Positions 56,150 to 64,000 of a DNA stretch of 64,000 nt are shown here, piece after piece. How positions within the stretch are numbered: position 1 is the first letter of the stretch; the number at the start of each line of letters is the position of its first letter. The notes below the pieces were generated by a model. It was not told the DNA's origin and searched no databases. It saw only the letters and a list, made by a program, of their open reading frames with translations. The translations under genes were made by a program, and so were the position numbers. The stretch lies in the IMG/VR virus record IMGVR_UViG_3300017792_000001, positions 40,697 to 104,696 of that record; one strand, 5' to 3'. Source of the stretch: a virus (taxonomy: Duplodnaviria > Heunggongvirae > Uroviricota > Caudoviricetes).

Positions 56150-57856
56150 TTATGCTGCTACTTTCTTACCGCTGACAACCACGAAGATTTTCTGCGCAAC
56201 AGCCAGGGTGACGGTGACGGTGTTGGCGTCAGTCAGCTTGACCGAATCAGGCAGTAGCTGGTTGAACGCTTCGTCGTACACGGCAACAGTCGCGAAACGG
56301 TTGTTCATGTTGTGCGTGACAACGTAGCTATCGGCAGCAGCACCGGTAGTACCGTCGAACACGAACTGGTTCGCGTCCAGCTTGGCACCCAGATCAGTGA
56401 TGGTCTGAGTAACGGTGGTCACTGCGTCGGTCACAGTCTTGCGGTTCGCGATGCTGGTGTCAGCAGTCGGAGCAGGAACAGCGATCTGGCCAGTCAGGGT
56501 TGCAGTCGCAGCGTCCAGCTTCAGGTACGAAGCCGAGATATCACCGATTGCAACACCGTCGGTGGTAACAGTGACAGTGCCGTCGGCAGCTTTGACAGCG
56601 AGCGCAGTACCTGCACCGCCTTGGAGGCCGTTACCAACAACGTCAGCAGCCAGGTTGGCAGCTTTCACGCCTTCGCTTGCGATGCGAACGCCGGTAGCGT
56701 CAACGGCGAGGCCGCCAGTGTCTTTCAGCAGAACAGCCAGCACGGAATCAGCAGCGGTAGAAGCATCGCCAGTGATCGGGTCGACCAGACGCAGACCGCC
56801 AGTGGTGCCGACGTCGAGACCGATTTCACCGGTAGGTAGGTTAGCAACACCAGCACCGAACTTGACGCTCAGAACGTTGCCGTTCTTTTCCAGACCAGCG
56901 GATACAGTGACGCCGCTCAGGCCGCCTTGTTCCGACCAGTTGGTGCCGTCAAACTTCTTGTACTTGCCTTCTGCGCGATCCCAGACCAGGACGCCAGGAC
57001 CACGAACGCTCACGTCGTAGATCACAACGTAGTCGTCGCCTTTCTTCTGGATGATGTCGCCATCTTCCAGGCCGTCGATAGTACCGAACTCAGCGTTCAG
57101 GGTATCGGCGTCGGTAACGATGTAGCGGTTCTCGTTGTCAGGAACGACAGACAGAGTAGGCGTCAGGGTACCGTCAACCTGGGTTGCGATCACGTCGGCT
57201 TGGAAGTCGAGCGAGGCTTTCAGGTTGTCGATGTCGATCAGACGCACAGGGCTGGTCGGATCGGTTGGCGCAGACAGGTTCAGCAGCGTGTGAGTGCCGC
57301 CGAAGTTCAGGTCGCCGGTCAGTGCATCGCCAGCTTTGTTTACCGGAACGTAGCCCAGGTCGTCTTGCTTGAGTTCGATCTGGGTCTGGATGTTGTCGGT
57401 AACGCCATCCAGGTGGTTCAGTTCGGTAACGCTGATCAGTGCGGAACCACTGATCTTGCCATCAGCATCAGTAACTGCAACCACGGACGGAGCCAGGTCG
57501 AGAGTAGTGATGGTAGTAGCGGCACCAGTGATCTTGTCCTGCTTGGCTTCACCAGCAGTTTCGATTGCAGCGGTGAGCTGGCCGACAGTAGCGGCTTCGA
57601 GGGCTTGAACGCCGTCAGCAGCGAGGATCAGCGGACCGGTGAGCGTGCCACCTTCTTTCGACAGGTAAGCATCGAGGCTACCACCAGTTGCGATGGTCAG
57701 CACTTCGGTACCGTTGTACCAGCGCAGTGCTTTGTCGGTGGTGTTGACCCACGTCAGACCCTGAACAAGATCAGCGCCGGATGGATCAGCCGCGAGACGA
57801 CCAGGCTTCAGGCCCTGAATCTCGCCGACTACTTGAATATTGCCGTTATAGCGCAT
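56150..57856 (-). CDS. tail fibre protein
   Basis: N-terminus NGNIQVVGEIQGLKPGRLAADPSGADLVQGLTWVNTTDKALRWYNGT typical of a fibre N-domain; phage-fibre repeat GGTLTGPLIL; long Gly/Thr/Ala-rich beta repeats. Confidence 0.7.
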   Translation of the reverse strand: MRYNGNIQVVGEIQGLKPGRLAADPSGADLVQGLTWVNTTDKALRWYNGTEVLTIATGGSLDAYLSKEGGTLTGPLILAADGVQALEAATVGQLTAAIETAGEAKQDKITGAATTITTLDLAPSVVAVTDADGKISGSALISVTELNHLDGVTDNIQTQIELKQDDLGYVPVNKAGDALTGDLNFGGTHTLLNLSAPTDPTSPVRLIDIDNLKASLDFQADVIATQVDGTLTPTLSVVPDNENRYIVTDADTLNAEFGTIDGLEDGDIIQKKGDDYVVIYDVSVRGPGVLVWDRAEGKYKKFDGTNWSEQGGLSGVTVSAGLEKNGNVLSVKFGAGVANLPTGEIGLDVGTTGGLRLVDPITGDASTAADSVLAVLLKDTGGLAVDATGVRIASEGVKAANLAADVVGNGLQGGAGTALAVKAADGTVTVTTDGVAIGDISASYLKLDAATATLTGQIAVPAPTADTSIANRKTVTDAVTTVTQTITDLGAKLDANQFVFDGTTGAAADSYVVTHNMNNRFATVAVYDEAFNQLLPDSVKLTDANTVTVTLAVAQKIFVVVSGKKVAA

Positions 57857-57871
57857 TTGAGTGCTCCAGGA

Positions 57872-58663
57872 TCAGGAAGTGATTTCAACGATTTTGATGC
57901 GGGGGTTTTCTTGAAGATCAGTTAACATGCGGGCAAGTGGTGACTCGCCGACGATGACTCCATTCTTCAATTCGAGCGTATCTTCCGTGTAGTTCTTCAC
58001 CTTCACTGGGATCACGATATCCGGCAGCACCACGTGTGCGAGGTAGTGCTCTAGCCTGTGCTTCGTGATAAAACTCCCTGTCTCGCGGTAGTCGCGAAGA
58101 TCATCCCGTCCAATGTACGTGATGATGTTGTCCGGCTGTGATTCGTTTGTCGTTACTTTTTGTTCGACCAGATTCGACCCGAGTAGACAGTCGATTTCGT
58201 ACAATTCGTACAGGGTGCGCTGCAATGCAGCCACCAAAGCATCAATGATGAGGGGGTACGCTTCCAGTTGCGATACACCAATGCTTTCTCTCACGCGCCG
58301 TTTGAACGACTGAGGTATGTGCTTGTGGACAGAGGCAAACACCTTCAGGTAGTCAGGCAAGAACACGTCACTGTGGATGGCGAAGATTTGCTTGTTCGAC
58401 TCAACAACCTCGCCGAAGCGTTGGAAGATAATCTTGATGTCGGACTCATCCACAGTATTGCGATTGAGAAGCAGGCTTTCTACTTTGCTCGCCCAGTCGC
58501 TGTACGTGTTGAAGAACAGCAACTGGATTTCTCGGGCGACCTGGCTAAACTGCTTTCGCTCGTCGATCAGCTCATTCAGAATGAAGGACTTGGAGTTGTA
58601 GTACCTTTCCAATGCCTTAGAACTGACGGAGCGAAACCGTATGTTATTCAGCACATAGGCCAT
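57872..58663 (-). CDS. moron gene A: cytoplasmic N/I/K-rich protein of unknown function
   Basis: 263 aa; A/T-shifted codon usage relative to its neighbours; no recognisable domain. Confidence 0.5.
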   Translation of the reverse strand: MAYVLNNIRFRSVSSKALERYYNSKSFILNELIDERKQFSQVAREIQLLFFNTYSDWASKVESLLLNRNTVDESDIKIIFQRFGEVVESNKQIFAIHSDVFLPDYLKVFASVHKHIPQSFKRRVRESIGVSQLEAYPLIIDALVAALQRTLYELYEIDCLLGSNLVEQKVTTNESQPDNIITYIGRDDLRDYRETGSFITKHRLEHYLAHVVLPDIVIPVKVKNYTEDTLELKNGVIVGESPLARMLTDLQENPRIKIVEITS

Positions 58664-58673
58664 AGTGAACTTC

Positions 58674-59225
58674 CTACAAGCCTCTATTCATGGTCTTCGC
58701 GATAGACATACCCGTGAGCACACCGGCTACCTGGCTTTGCTTGTCGCTGATGTCCGAAACTTGACGGGCCAGCGATTCCAAAAGGCGGGTTAGTCGTTCT
58801 ACTTCACGTTGCACGTCACTGCGACCCTGTTTAGAGTGGTCAGAGGCGGTATCGAGCACTTCACTCAGCTTGTCCAGAGATTCTCGGACTTCAAGGAACA
58901 TGCGTTCCATAACGCCAGTTAGTGCGGTTGATTGTTGTTCCACTGCGGACTTGAGAGCACCAACGATCGTCACAAGATCATTAACGTTCTGTTGGCTTTG
59001 CAGACTGGTCGCCAGCTCTTGCATAAATTTCTGGACGTTAGCCTTTTGCAATTCAAACTCGTCACCCAATTTACGTTGCAGATCCGAGTTTTGTTCGCGC
59101 AGTGTTTTCACTTCTTCGAGAAGGGGAATCACGAAAAAGTAGTAGCCAGCCAAACATGCAGCAGTTATGACGACACATACTGCAATCGGCAGTGGGCTAC
59201 TGAGAATGGTTTGCATGAAGTCCAT
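58674..59225 (-). CDS. moron gene B: N-terminal TM + coiled-coil membrane protein
   Basis: TM PLPIAVCVVITAACLAGYYFFVIPLL, then heptad-rich segment. Confidence 0.5.
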   Translation of the reverse strand: MDFMQTILSSPLPIAVCVVITAACLAGYYFFVIPLLEEVKTLREQNSDLQRKLGDEFELQKANVQKFMQELATSLQSQQNVNDLVTIVGALKSAVEQQSTALTGVMERMFLEVRESLDKLSEVLDTASDHSKQGRSDVQREVERLTRLLESLARQVSDISDKQSQVAGVLTGMSIAKTMNRGL

Positions 59226-59234
59226 TGAGTAGCC

Positions 59235-59516
59235 TCATTGGCATCGGTCATCGCTCGGTATAACTCTTATGTTCCGGATATTGGGATTGATCGCATCGGA
59301 CTCGATCAGCACTTCCGAGATTCTCGGTTCCGACACATTGCAAACATCGCCTGTAGCCTTGTTTACGACACAAACGCTTTGCACGCACTCCAGCGTCGAG
59401 TAACGGACAGATTCCCTGTCAGGCTTACCGGAGGAGAACTGAATTGCGATGTAGGCAACGAATGCCAGCAGCGCAAGAATAATCCCTCTGGAGACTTTCG
59501 TTTGGGTACTAGCCAT
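59235..59516 (-). CDS. moron gene C: small single-TM Cys-containing exported protein
   Basis: 93 aa; TM IILALLAFVAYIAIQF; five Cys in the periplasmic part. Confidence 0.45.
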   Translation of the reverse strand: MASTQTKVSRGIILALLAFVAYIAIQFSSGKPDRESVRYSTLECVQSVCVVNKATGDVCNVSEPRISEVLIESDAINPNIRNIRVIPSDDRCQ

Positions 59517-60368
59517 CTATCCACCGCCTTCGACTATATCAAACTTTCCAATTGAAGCACGGTAGACTGGAAGCCACTTGGCTTTCACACGCTTCAGGTT
59601 GGCACAAGAGCTAATGTGCGGCTTAGATGGTTGGTCGTAAGCGGCCATTGCCAGAATTGCGGCCTCACCAGGAGTGGGGCCTAAAGCAAAGGTCGTTTTA
59701 AACCCTGTGCGACAAATACCAACGTCTAAATGTCGTGAGTTCGCAGTCACAAAGAGCTTTTCAATCTCCGTGTAACCGACATTCGCATTCCATTCGTCAA
59801 CAAGGGTGAAGACATTGAGCACGATTGTGCCCTTTGGCTCACCCTGAAGTTTCTGCACCAGCTTGCGGAACTCCAACACCGTATCGACATCAAACACTTC
59901 TGGCGTATTATCGCCCAGCTGCTTCTTGAGGTCAGCTAGACGCAATGCCGCGAGAGCGGACTTGTCCGTGATGATGTAGATCGCTTTCTCTTTGGGGTTG
60001 TAAGCACCGAGGGCGGTAGCAGCTACCATATTGAACGTTTCCCCACCAAACAACACCGAGCTGTATTTGGTAGAGAACCCAATATTAAGGGCAGGTTCAC
60101 CCAGGAACACGACTAAGTCCGGCTTCCGCTTTTCGACCCAAGCTTTGACCACGTTTGTGAGGCTATCACGCGAGTAAGCAGAGTTGTCATGCGAGAATTC
60201 CCGAACGTTGAGGACGTCAATCATGTGATCGTCCTCATTCGCCAGCATTTTCTGGATGATTGTGTTTCCATACAAGTCGTGAATGGTTGCGGACTGCACA
60301 ACCGAAAGACTTTGGGCATTTACCGTTGAGCATAAAATTAGCGAGGCTACTACCAATACCCAATTCAT
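59517..60368 (-). CDS. moron gene D: secreted/periplasmic protein with cleavable signal peptide (possible periplasmic-binding-protein-like fold)
   Basis: Signal peptide MNWVLVVASLILCSTVNAQS; stop TAG abuts the next ATG. Confidence 0.5.
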   Translation of the reverse strand: MNWVLVVASLILCSTVNAQSLSVVQSATIHDLYGNTIIQKMLANEDDHMIDVLNVREFSHDNSAYSRDSLTNVVKAWVEKRKPDLVVFLGEPALNIGFSTKYSSVLFGGETFNMVAATALGAYNPKEKAIYIITDKSALAALRLADLKKQLGDNTPEVFDVDTVLEFRKLVQKLQGEPKGTIVLNVFTLVDEWNANVGYTEIEKLFVTANSRHLDVGICRTGFKTTFALGPTPGEAAILAMAAYDQPSKPHISSCANLKRVKAKWLPVYRASIGKFDIVEGGG

Positions 60369-60375
60369 AACGGTA

Positions 60376-61218
60376 TTACCTGAGGCCTACCAGGACTGCG
60401 GTCCCTGCACGGGCTTTTGCGAACGTGACTTTGAACGTGTTCACATCAAGGGGTTCCATCGTTTCTGGCATTACAAACTCGCCAGTCTCTAGGTAAACTT
60501 GGGCAAGGATTGCCTCAGTTCCCAGGTTGTGCTCGATACGCCACTCAAGCGCAGCTTCGGCCTGTTCGAATTTCTTCGAGGGAATCGAACCACCAGGGCC
60601 CGTCGGTGTTTCTTCCAGCGTTTTGATACGGGCTTCGGTGCTTGTCACACGGTTGCGGATCGAAGTGATCTGCGAACGAACGGATGCCATCTGCTGATAC
60701 ACGGACGCAGCGACTGCTTGCGCAGCATCCGTGAGCTTCTTCGTCAAGGTCTTCGGAATGGCTTCCTGATCGGCAAAGTTGTCAATCGAGGTATCAGTGC
60801 GGAGCAACAACGGGCCGAGCATCTTGCCGCCAGTCGTTTGATTGACCGCGTCGATGTCCGCAGTTTCCAGGAAGAACGGGTTACCCACGTTGCGGTTCAA
60901 CTCTTTGAAGGGCTGATCCGTGGGCATCGGTTCGTCCCAGATCTGCGGCGTCCAGAAGTTGGCTTCTGTGGCATCAGTCCAGGTGTGCGTGTAGGCTTGT
61001 GAGCTTGCGCGACTTACCCGACGCAGTGTGGTATTACTGGTCGGGTTAATCCAGAGTAGATCAAGCGGTGCAACAACGTTCGTAGGCTCTGTGAAGCTGA
61101 CGATGATGTTTACCCGTTGCTTGGCTACACCTCCGTCTGTAGAGAGCAGAATCGGTGCAGACTGACCTAGACCTCTGGCCTGGGCCGCCGCAACGAGTCT
61201 GGCGATTGGTAGGGACAT
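60376..61218 (-). CDS. short tail fibre protein
   Basis: Phage-fibre repeat GGKMLGPLLL; central coiled coil (QITSIRNRVTSTEARIKTLEE). Confidence 0.5.
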   Translation of the reverse strand: MSLPIARLVAAAQARGLGQSAPILLSTDGGVAKQRVNIIVSFTEPTNVVAPLDLLWINPTSNTTLRRVSRASSQAYTHTWTDATEANFWTPQIWDEPMPTDQPFKELNRNVGNPFFLETADIDAVNQTTGGKMLGPLLLRTDTSIDNFADQEAIPKTLTKKLTDAAQAVAASVYQQMASVRSQITSIRNRVTSTEARIKTLEETPTGPGGSIPSKKFEQAEAALEWRIEHNLGTEAILAQVYLETGEFVMPETMEPLDVNTFKVTFAKARAGTAVLVGLR

Positions 61219-61249
61219 GGCTTACACCTCGATGTACGATGCTTGTAAA

Positions 61250-61705
61250 TTAGCCTAGATGCAAGCCAACCAAGTGTTCGGAGATAGCTTCGGCCACTTT
61301 CAGGGCGTCGTCTCTCGTCATCGCTTCGAGCTTCGTACCGCTAGGTGAATGGATAATTGCACGGACTTTGGAACTTCCTGCCGCAAGATCCATCATCATC
61401 GGACTGAGCGCGATTGGTTCAAGTGCATAGCAGATGCCATCGACAACCAACCCGCCAATGATCGCTGACGCAACGTCAACGGTCTGGCGTTCGATCTGGT
61501 CTTCTGGAACATTGTTGACAAGGGTGAGCTTGCCGTCTACAACACGCCAGCGACTTGGATCAGTCTGAATCTCGGCGTGGTTCTCGACGCTGACAGTGAG
61601 CAGCGGACTTACGTCAGGCTTACCGCGCATCGGGTTGTGAAAAGACAGGACTTCGCCCGTCTCCTCATCGTAGTTCATTAGCCAGTACTTCGGTGGAAGA
61701 TTCAT
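61250..61705 (-). CDS. hypothetical protein (possible fibre assembly or chaperone)
   Basis: 151-aa ORF between fibre genes. Confidence 0.4.
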   Translation of the reverse strand: MNLPPKYWLMNYDEETGEVLSFHNPMRGKPDVSPLLTVSVENHAEIQTDPSRWRVVDGKLTLVNNVPEDQIERQTVDVASAIIGGLVVDGICYALEPIALSPMMMDLAAGSSKVRAIIHSPSGTKLEAMTRDDALKVAEAISEHLVGLHLG

Positions 61706-61714
61706 GCCAGCTCC

Positions 61715-62524
61715 TTATGCTTTGGCGTCACTGCCGATAACGAACCAGTAGAAGTCCCAGCCCAGTGCAGCGGCTGCTTTCGTTCCGCCCGCACCATCAG
61801 GTACTTGAGGCAGCAGCGCAGTGTTCACGCTGAGCTCCATGTTGCCCTTGTTGATCTTGTCAATGCGCACGGCGTGCTTCACCGCAGACGTTGGATCAAT
61901 GAACTGGATGAATGCAGTGCGAGTCGTCTCTTGGGTAAACGCTTCTGGGAACACGACGCGCTGGAAGATGGCAGCACTGTTACTGGTGAAACGTCCCCAG
62001 CATTTCAGCGTGCTGTCTTCGTACAGTTCGTACCCGCCAGTTTCCCCGACACCAAAGAGAGGCATCTTGCCGTCTTTACCTGCGGGACCCGTTGGACCAG
62101 TCGGTCCGGTTGGGCCAGTCGCACCGAGAGTACCGGGGCCACCGGGAGGGCCAGCAGGTCCAGTGTTACCGGCAGGACCTGGATCACCTTTCGGGCCGAC
62201 GCAACCAGTATCGCCGCGACGACCGTCTTTACCGTTTCGACCATTGACGCCCTGGCTACCTTGCGGGCCAGTGGGACCCGTAGGCCCCACGCCGATACTC
62301 GACTTGGTGAGCAGACCGCGAATCAGTACAACGGAACGGTCTGCTTTTGTCAGTGTGAGCGTGCCGGTCTCAGTGTCATATTGACCCGAGACGACCTGCG
62401 TATCACTGTTATTCTCATCCTGATCTTGGAGCTCCAGGTCCTCGCCGTTGAACAGAACAACGTCGTTGGCGGAACCCTTACCCGGTTCGATCAGTTGCAG
62501 CGGGATCTTCGTTAATCCACTCAT
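61715..62524 (-). CDS. collagen-like (G-X-Y repeat) tail fibre protein
   Basis: ~75-aa uninterrupted Gly-X-Y tract ([73 protein letters not shown]). Confidence 0.65.
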   Translation of the reverse strand: MSGLTKIPLQLIEPGKGSANDVVLFNGEDLELQDQDENNSDTQVVSGQYDTETGTLTLTKADRSVVLIRGLLTKSSIGVGPTGPTGPQGSQGVNGRNGKDGRRGDTGCVGPKGDPGPAGNTGPAGPPGGPGTLGATGPTGPTGPTGPAGKDGKMPLFGVGETGGYELYEDSTLKCWGRFTSNSAAIFQRVVFPEAFTQETTRTAFIQFIDPTSAVKHAVRIDKINKGNMELSVNTALLPQVPDGAGGTKAAAALGWDFYWFVIGSDAKA

Positions 62525-62531
62525 AGCGTGC

Positions 62532-62702
62532 TCACTTCACTGTCAACCATTTGGTATTGTCGGAGGAACGCACCCGAGTATTCCCCGGGTGCATTTGGAT
62601 CCAAGCGCTATTTGCGGCATTGCGCACCTTCCAGCCCAGCTTATCGAAGTTCTCGATCCACGGGCTGGCTGCTGTCTGACGTACACGGAGTCTGACTGCC
62701 AT
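62532..62702 (-). CDS. small coupled ORF (56 aa)
   Basis: [56 protein letters not shown]; TAATG overlap with upstream gene stop; below the ORF-track cutoff. Confidence 0.3.
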   Translation of the reverse strand: MAVRLRVRQTAASPWIENFDKLGWKVRNAANSAWIQMHPGNTRVRSSDNTKWLTVK

Positions 62703-64000
62703 TATTCAATCTCCCCAATCGAGTTCGCTTGTCCTTTCCAGTCTGCTGCACGGGTCACGTACACAAGCTGGTTGTTCAAACGCACCGAGAAACACGCATA
62801 CCCCGGCGTACAATCCGGGACGTTCAGGTAACGAAGGATGATGTTGCGCTTCCCTTTCGCTACAGTCACTGTGGTTACCTTGTCGCCAATTGGACCAGAC
62901 GCAACCAACTTGCAGTCGATGTACATTTCAAAGTCATCGTCATTGCGGTTGTAAAACACGTACTGACCACTAGCAGGGAAATCAATGAAGGCTTGCATCA
63001 GGTACTTCGTGTTGCCACGTGCGCAGTTCAGGTTTGGTTGCACGTACAAACCGTAGCTGCCATCTGGACCTCCAGCAAACTCATTCACTGGGTCTGTTGG
63101 ACGTTGACGACACAAGGCGCTGTCATCGTCTTGGATCGTACCAGTACCTTCTGCGGTATTGATCGTACCCTTCGTCGCGTTGCTGATGGTCATGATGATC
63201 GTCCGATCCCCATCAACCGTGTCGTTACCAATCAACGGCACACAGACTTGCTTGCTGCTTTCACCCGGAGCGAATGTCACAGTCCCAGAAGTAGGAATGT
63301 AATCAGGACGCTTCTCGGTGAGTTTGATTGCACCTTCACTACCACCAGCTGGCAGCTTCTCGCAGTGCAGCCCGTTCCAAGCCTGGTGATCACCGTTGCG
63401 ATTGATCATATCCCGCACAGAGACTGGGTTGCGGTCAACGCTACCATAAAACTCAATGCCGAACTGGTTCGCAAGTTGGTTAGCGCCCGACTGGAACACA
63501 TAGTGGTCCGTGATCACAATCAACCCACCACCGTTCTTCACGTACTGACCGAAGTTGGTGACAGATGCAGGCTTGAAGACACCTTCGCTTGCAGCACCAG
63601 TCGCAGTCACACGACTACCAATGAAGATGATCACGTCGTATTGTTGGAGGTCAGCCAGCGGGATAACCCCGACGCTGTTCCATGCGTACACGTCTTTGAC
63701 TTCAGGTGTGAACCCAGCAGCGGTGATCGTCAACGGAATACCGGTTGCGAAACCAGTAGCTTGTGCATCGAGCCCGTAGTTACCGCCAGCAGCAACGTCA
63801 CCCGTGAGCAGCACTTTGCGACTCGCACCAGGACTGCGTGCAGACCATTGAATCAGGTTCTTCAGGTACGTGAACGCTGGTGCAAGACCAATACCACCGC
63901 TAGCGATGTTCGAGAACGAAGCGTTGGCCTGGGACTGTGCGCAGAGACCATAGAAGGACTTCTGGGCAAACATCTCAAGTCCGGCACCGTTCAGGTTCAC
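62702..64000 (-). CDS. Calx-beta domain virion protein (5' end beyond window; partial)
   Basis: TVTFAPGESSKQVCVPLIGNDTVDGDRTIIMTISNATKGTINTAEGTGTIQDDD is a textbook Calx-beta motif; frame still open at nt 64000. Confidence 0.55.
   Translation of the reverse strand: MNLNGAGLEMFAQKSFYGLCAQSQANASFSNIASGGIGLAPAFTYLKNLIQWSARSPGASRKVLLTGDVAAGGNYGLDAQATGFATGIPLTITAAGFTPEVKDVYAWNSVGVIPLADLQQYDVIIFIGSRVTATGAASEGVFKPASVTNFGQYVKNGGGLIVITDHYVFQSGANQLANQFGIEFYGSVDRNPVSVRDMINRNGDHQAWNGLHCEKLPAGGSEGAIKLTEKRPDYIPTSGTVTFAPGESSKQVCVPLIGNDTVDGDRTIIMTISNATKGTINTAEGTGTIQDDDSALCRQRPTDPVNEFAGGPDGSYGLYVQPNLNCARGNTKYLMQAFIDFPASGQYVFYNRNDDDFEMYIDCKLVASGPIGDKVTTVTVAKGKRNIILRYLNVPDCTPGYACFSVRLNNQLVYVTRAADWKGQANSIGEIE

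Noticed and set aside
56927-57925. 332-aa plus-strand ORF overlapping the tail fibre gene
   Set aside because: Antisense to a gene with strong fibre motifs; Gly/Val/Asp-rich antisense artefact of the repetitive fibre sequence.
1-64000. Search for CRISPR arrays, integrase/attachment sites, transposases and rRNA/tRNA genes
   Set aside because: No direct-repeat/spacer periodicity, no tyrosine- or serine-recombinase-like ORF, no IS-like inverted repeats and no rRNA- or tRNA-like conserved blocks were seen. The window looks like the interior of a virulent-style phage genome.

Overview
This window reads as part of a large tailed dsDNA phage of a Gram-negative host: a lipoprotein unimolecular spanin sits in the lysis cassette, and GC is in the mid-50s % by eye. 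Two transcription blocks converge on a bidirectional rho-independent terminator at ~37.78 kb.

Plus strand, 1-37.8 kb: about 75 tightly packed, often translationally coupled (ATGA/TAATG) early/middle genes, mostly ORFans. They follow strong sigma70-like promoters carrying an extended -10 (TGaTATAAT). A ~120-bp promoter module occurs twice, at ~1.58 kb and ~13.69 kb, with a palindromic operator-like site between the -35 and -10.

Domains recognised on the plus strand:
- XRE-type HTH regulators at 1696-2313 and 19784-20491.
- A clear Arc/Mnt ribbon-helix-helix repressor at 22182-22484.
- A PF10127-type (RlaP-like) nucleotidyltransferase at 6812-7666.
- An SPFH/band-7 membrane protein at 31575-32429.
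- A DUF4326-like protein at 29036-29413.
- A near-canonical KptA/Tpt1 RNA 2'-phosphotransferase at 34539-35087.
- Three intragenomic paralogue pairs: tandem winged-helix-like proteins, two Cys-x-x-Cys zinc-finger proteins, and two basic proteins facing each other across the terminator.

Minus strand, 37.8-64 kb: late genes.
- A NUDIX hydrolase at 38654-39364.
- A lysis cassette: peptidase M15-like putative endolysin, unimolecular spanin, multi-TM holin and a type-II TM protein.
- A battery of receptor-binding and fibre proteins: BNR propeller, tandem LamG/ConA-like jelly rolls, phage-fibre GxxTGPLxL repeats, a collagen-like G-X-Y protein and a Calx-beta protein. Three of them share an N-terminal MLxLxPxRSPWP motif.
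- An A/T-shifted four-gene module at 57872-60368 inserted among the fibre genes, encoding envelope-targeted proteins of unknown function.

No tRNA, rRNA, CRISPR, integrase, transposase, terminase, portal or replication genes are visible in this window. All functional calls rest on motif recognition by eye, with no database searches run.
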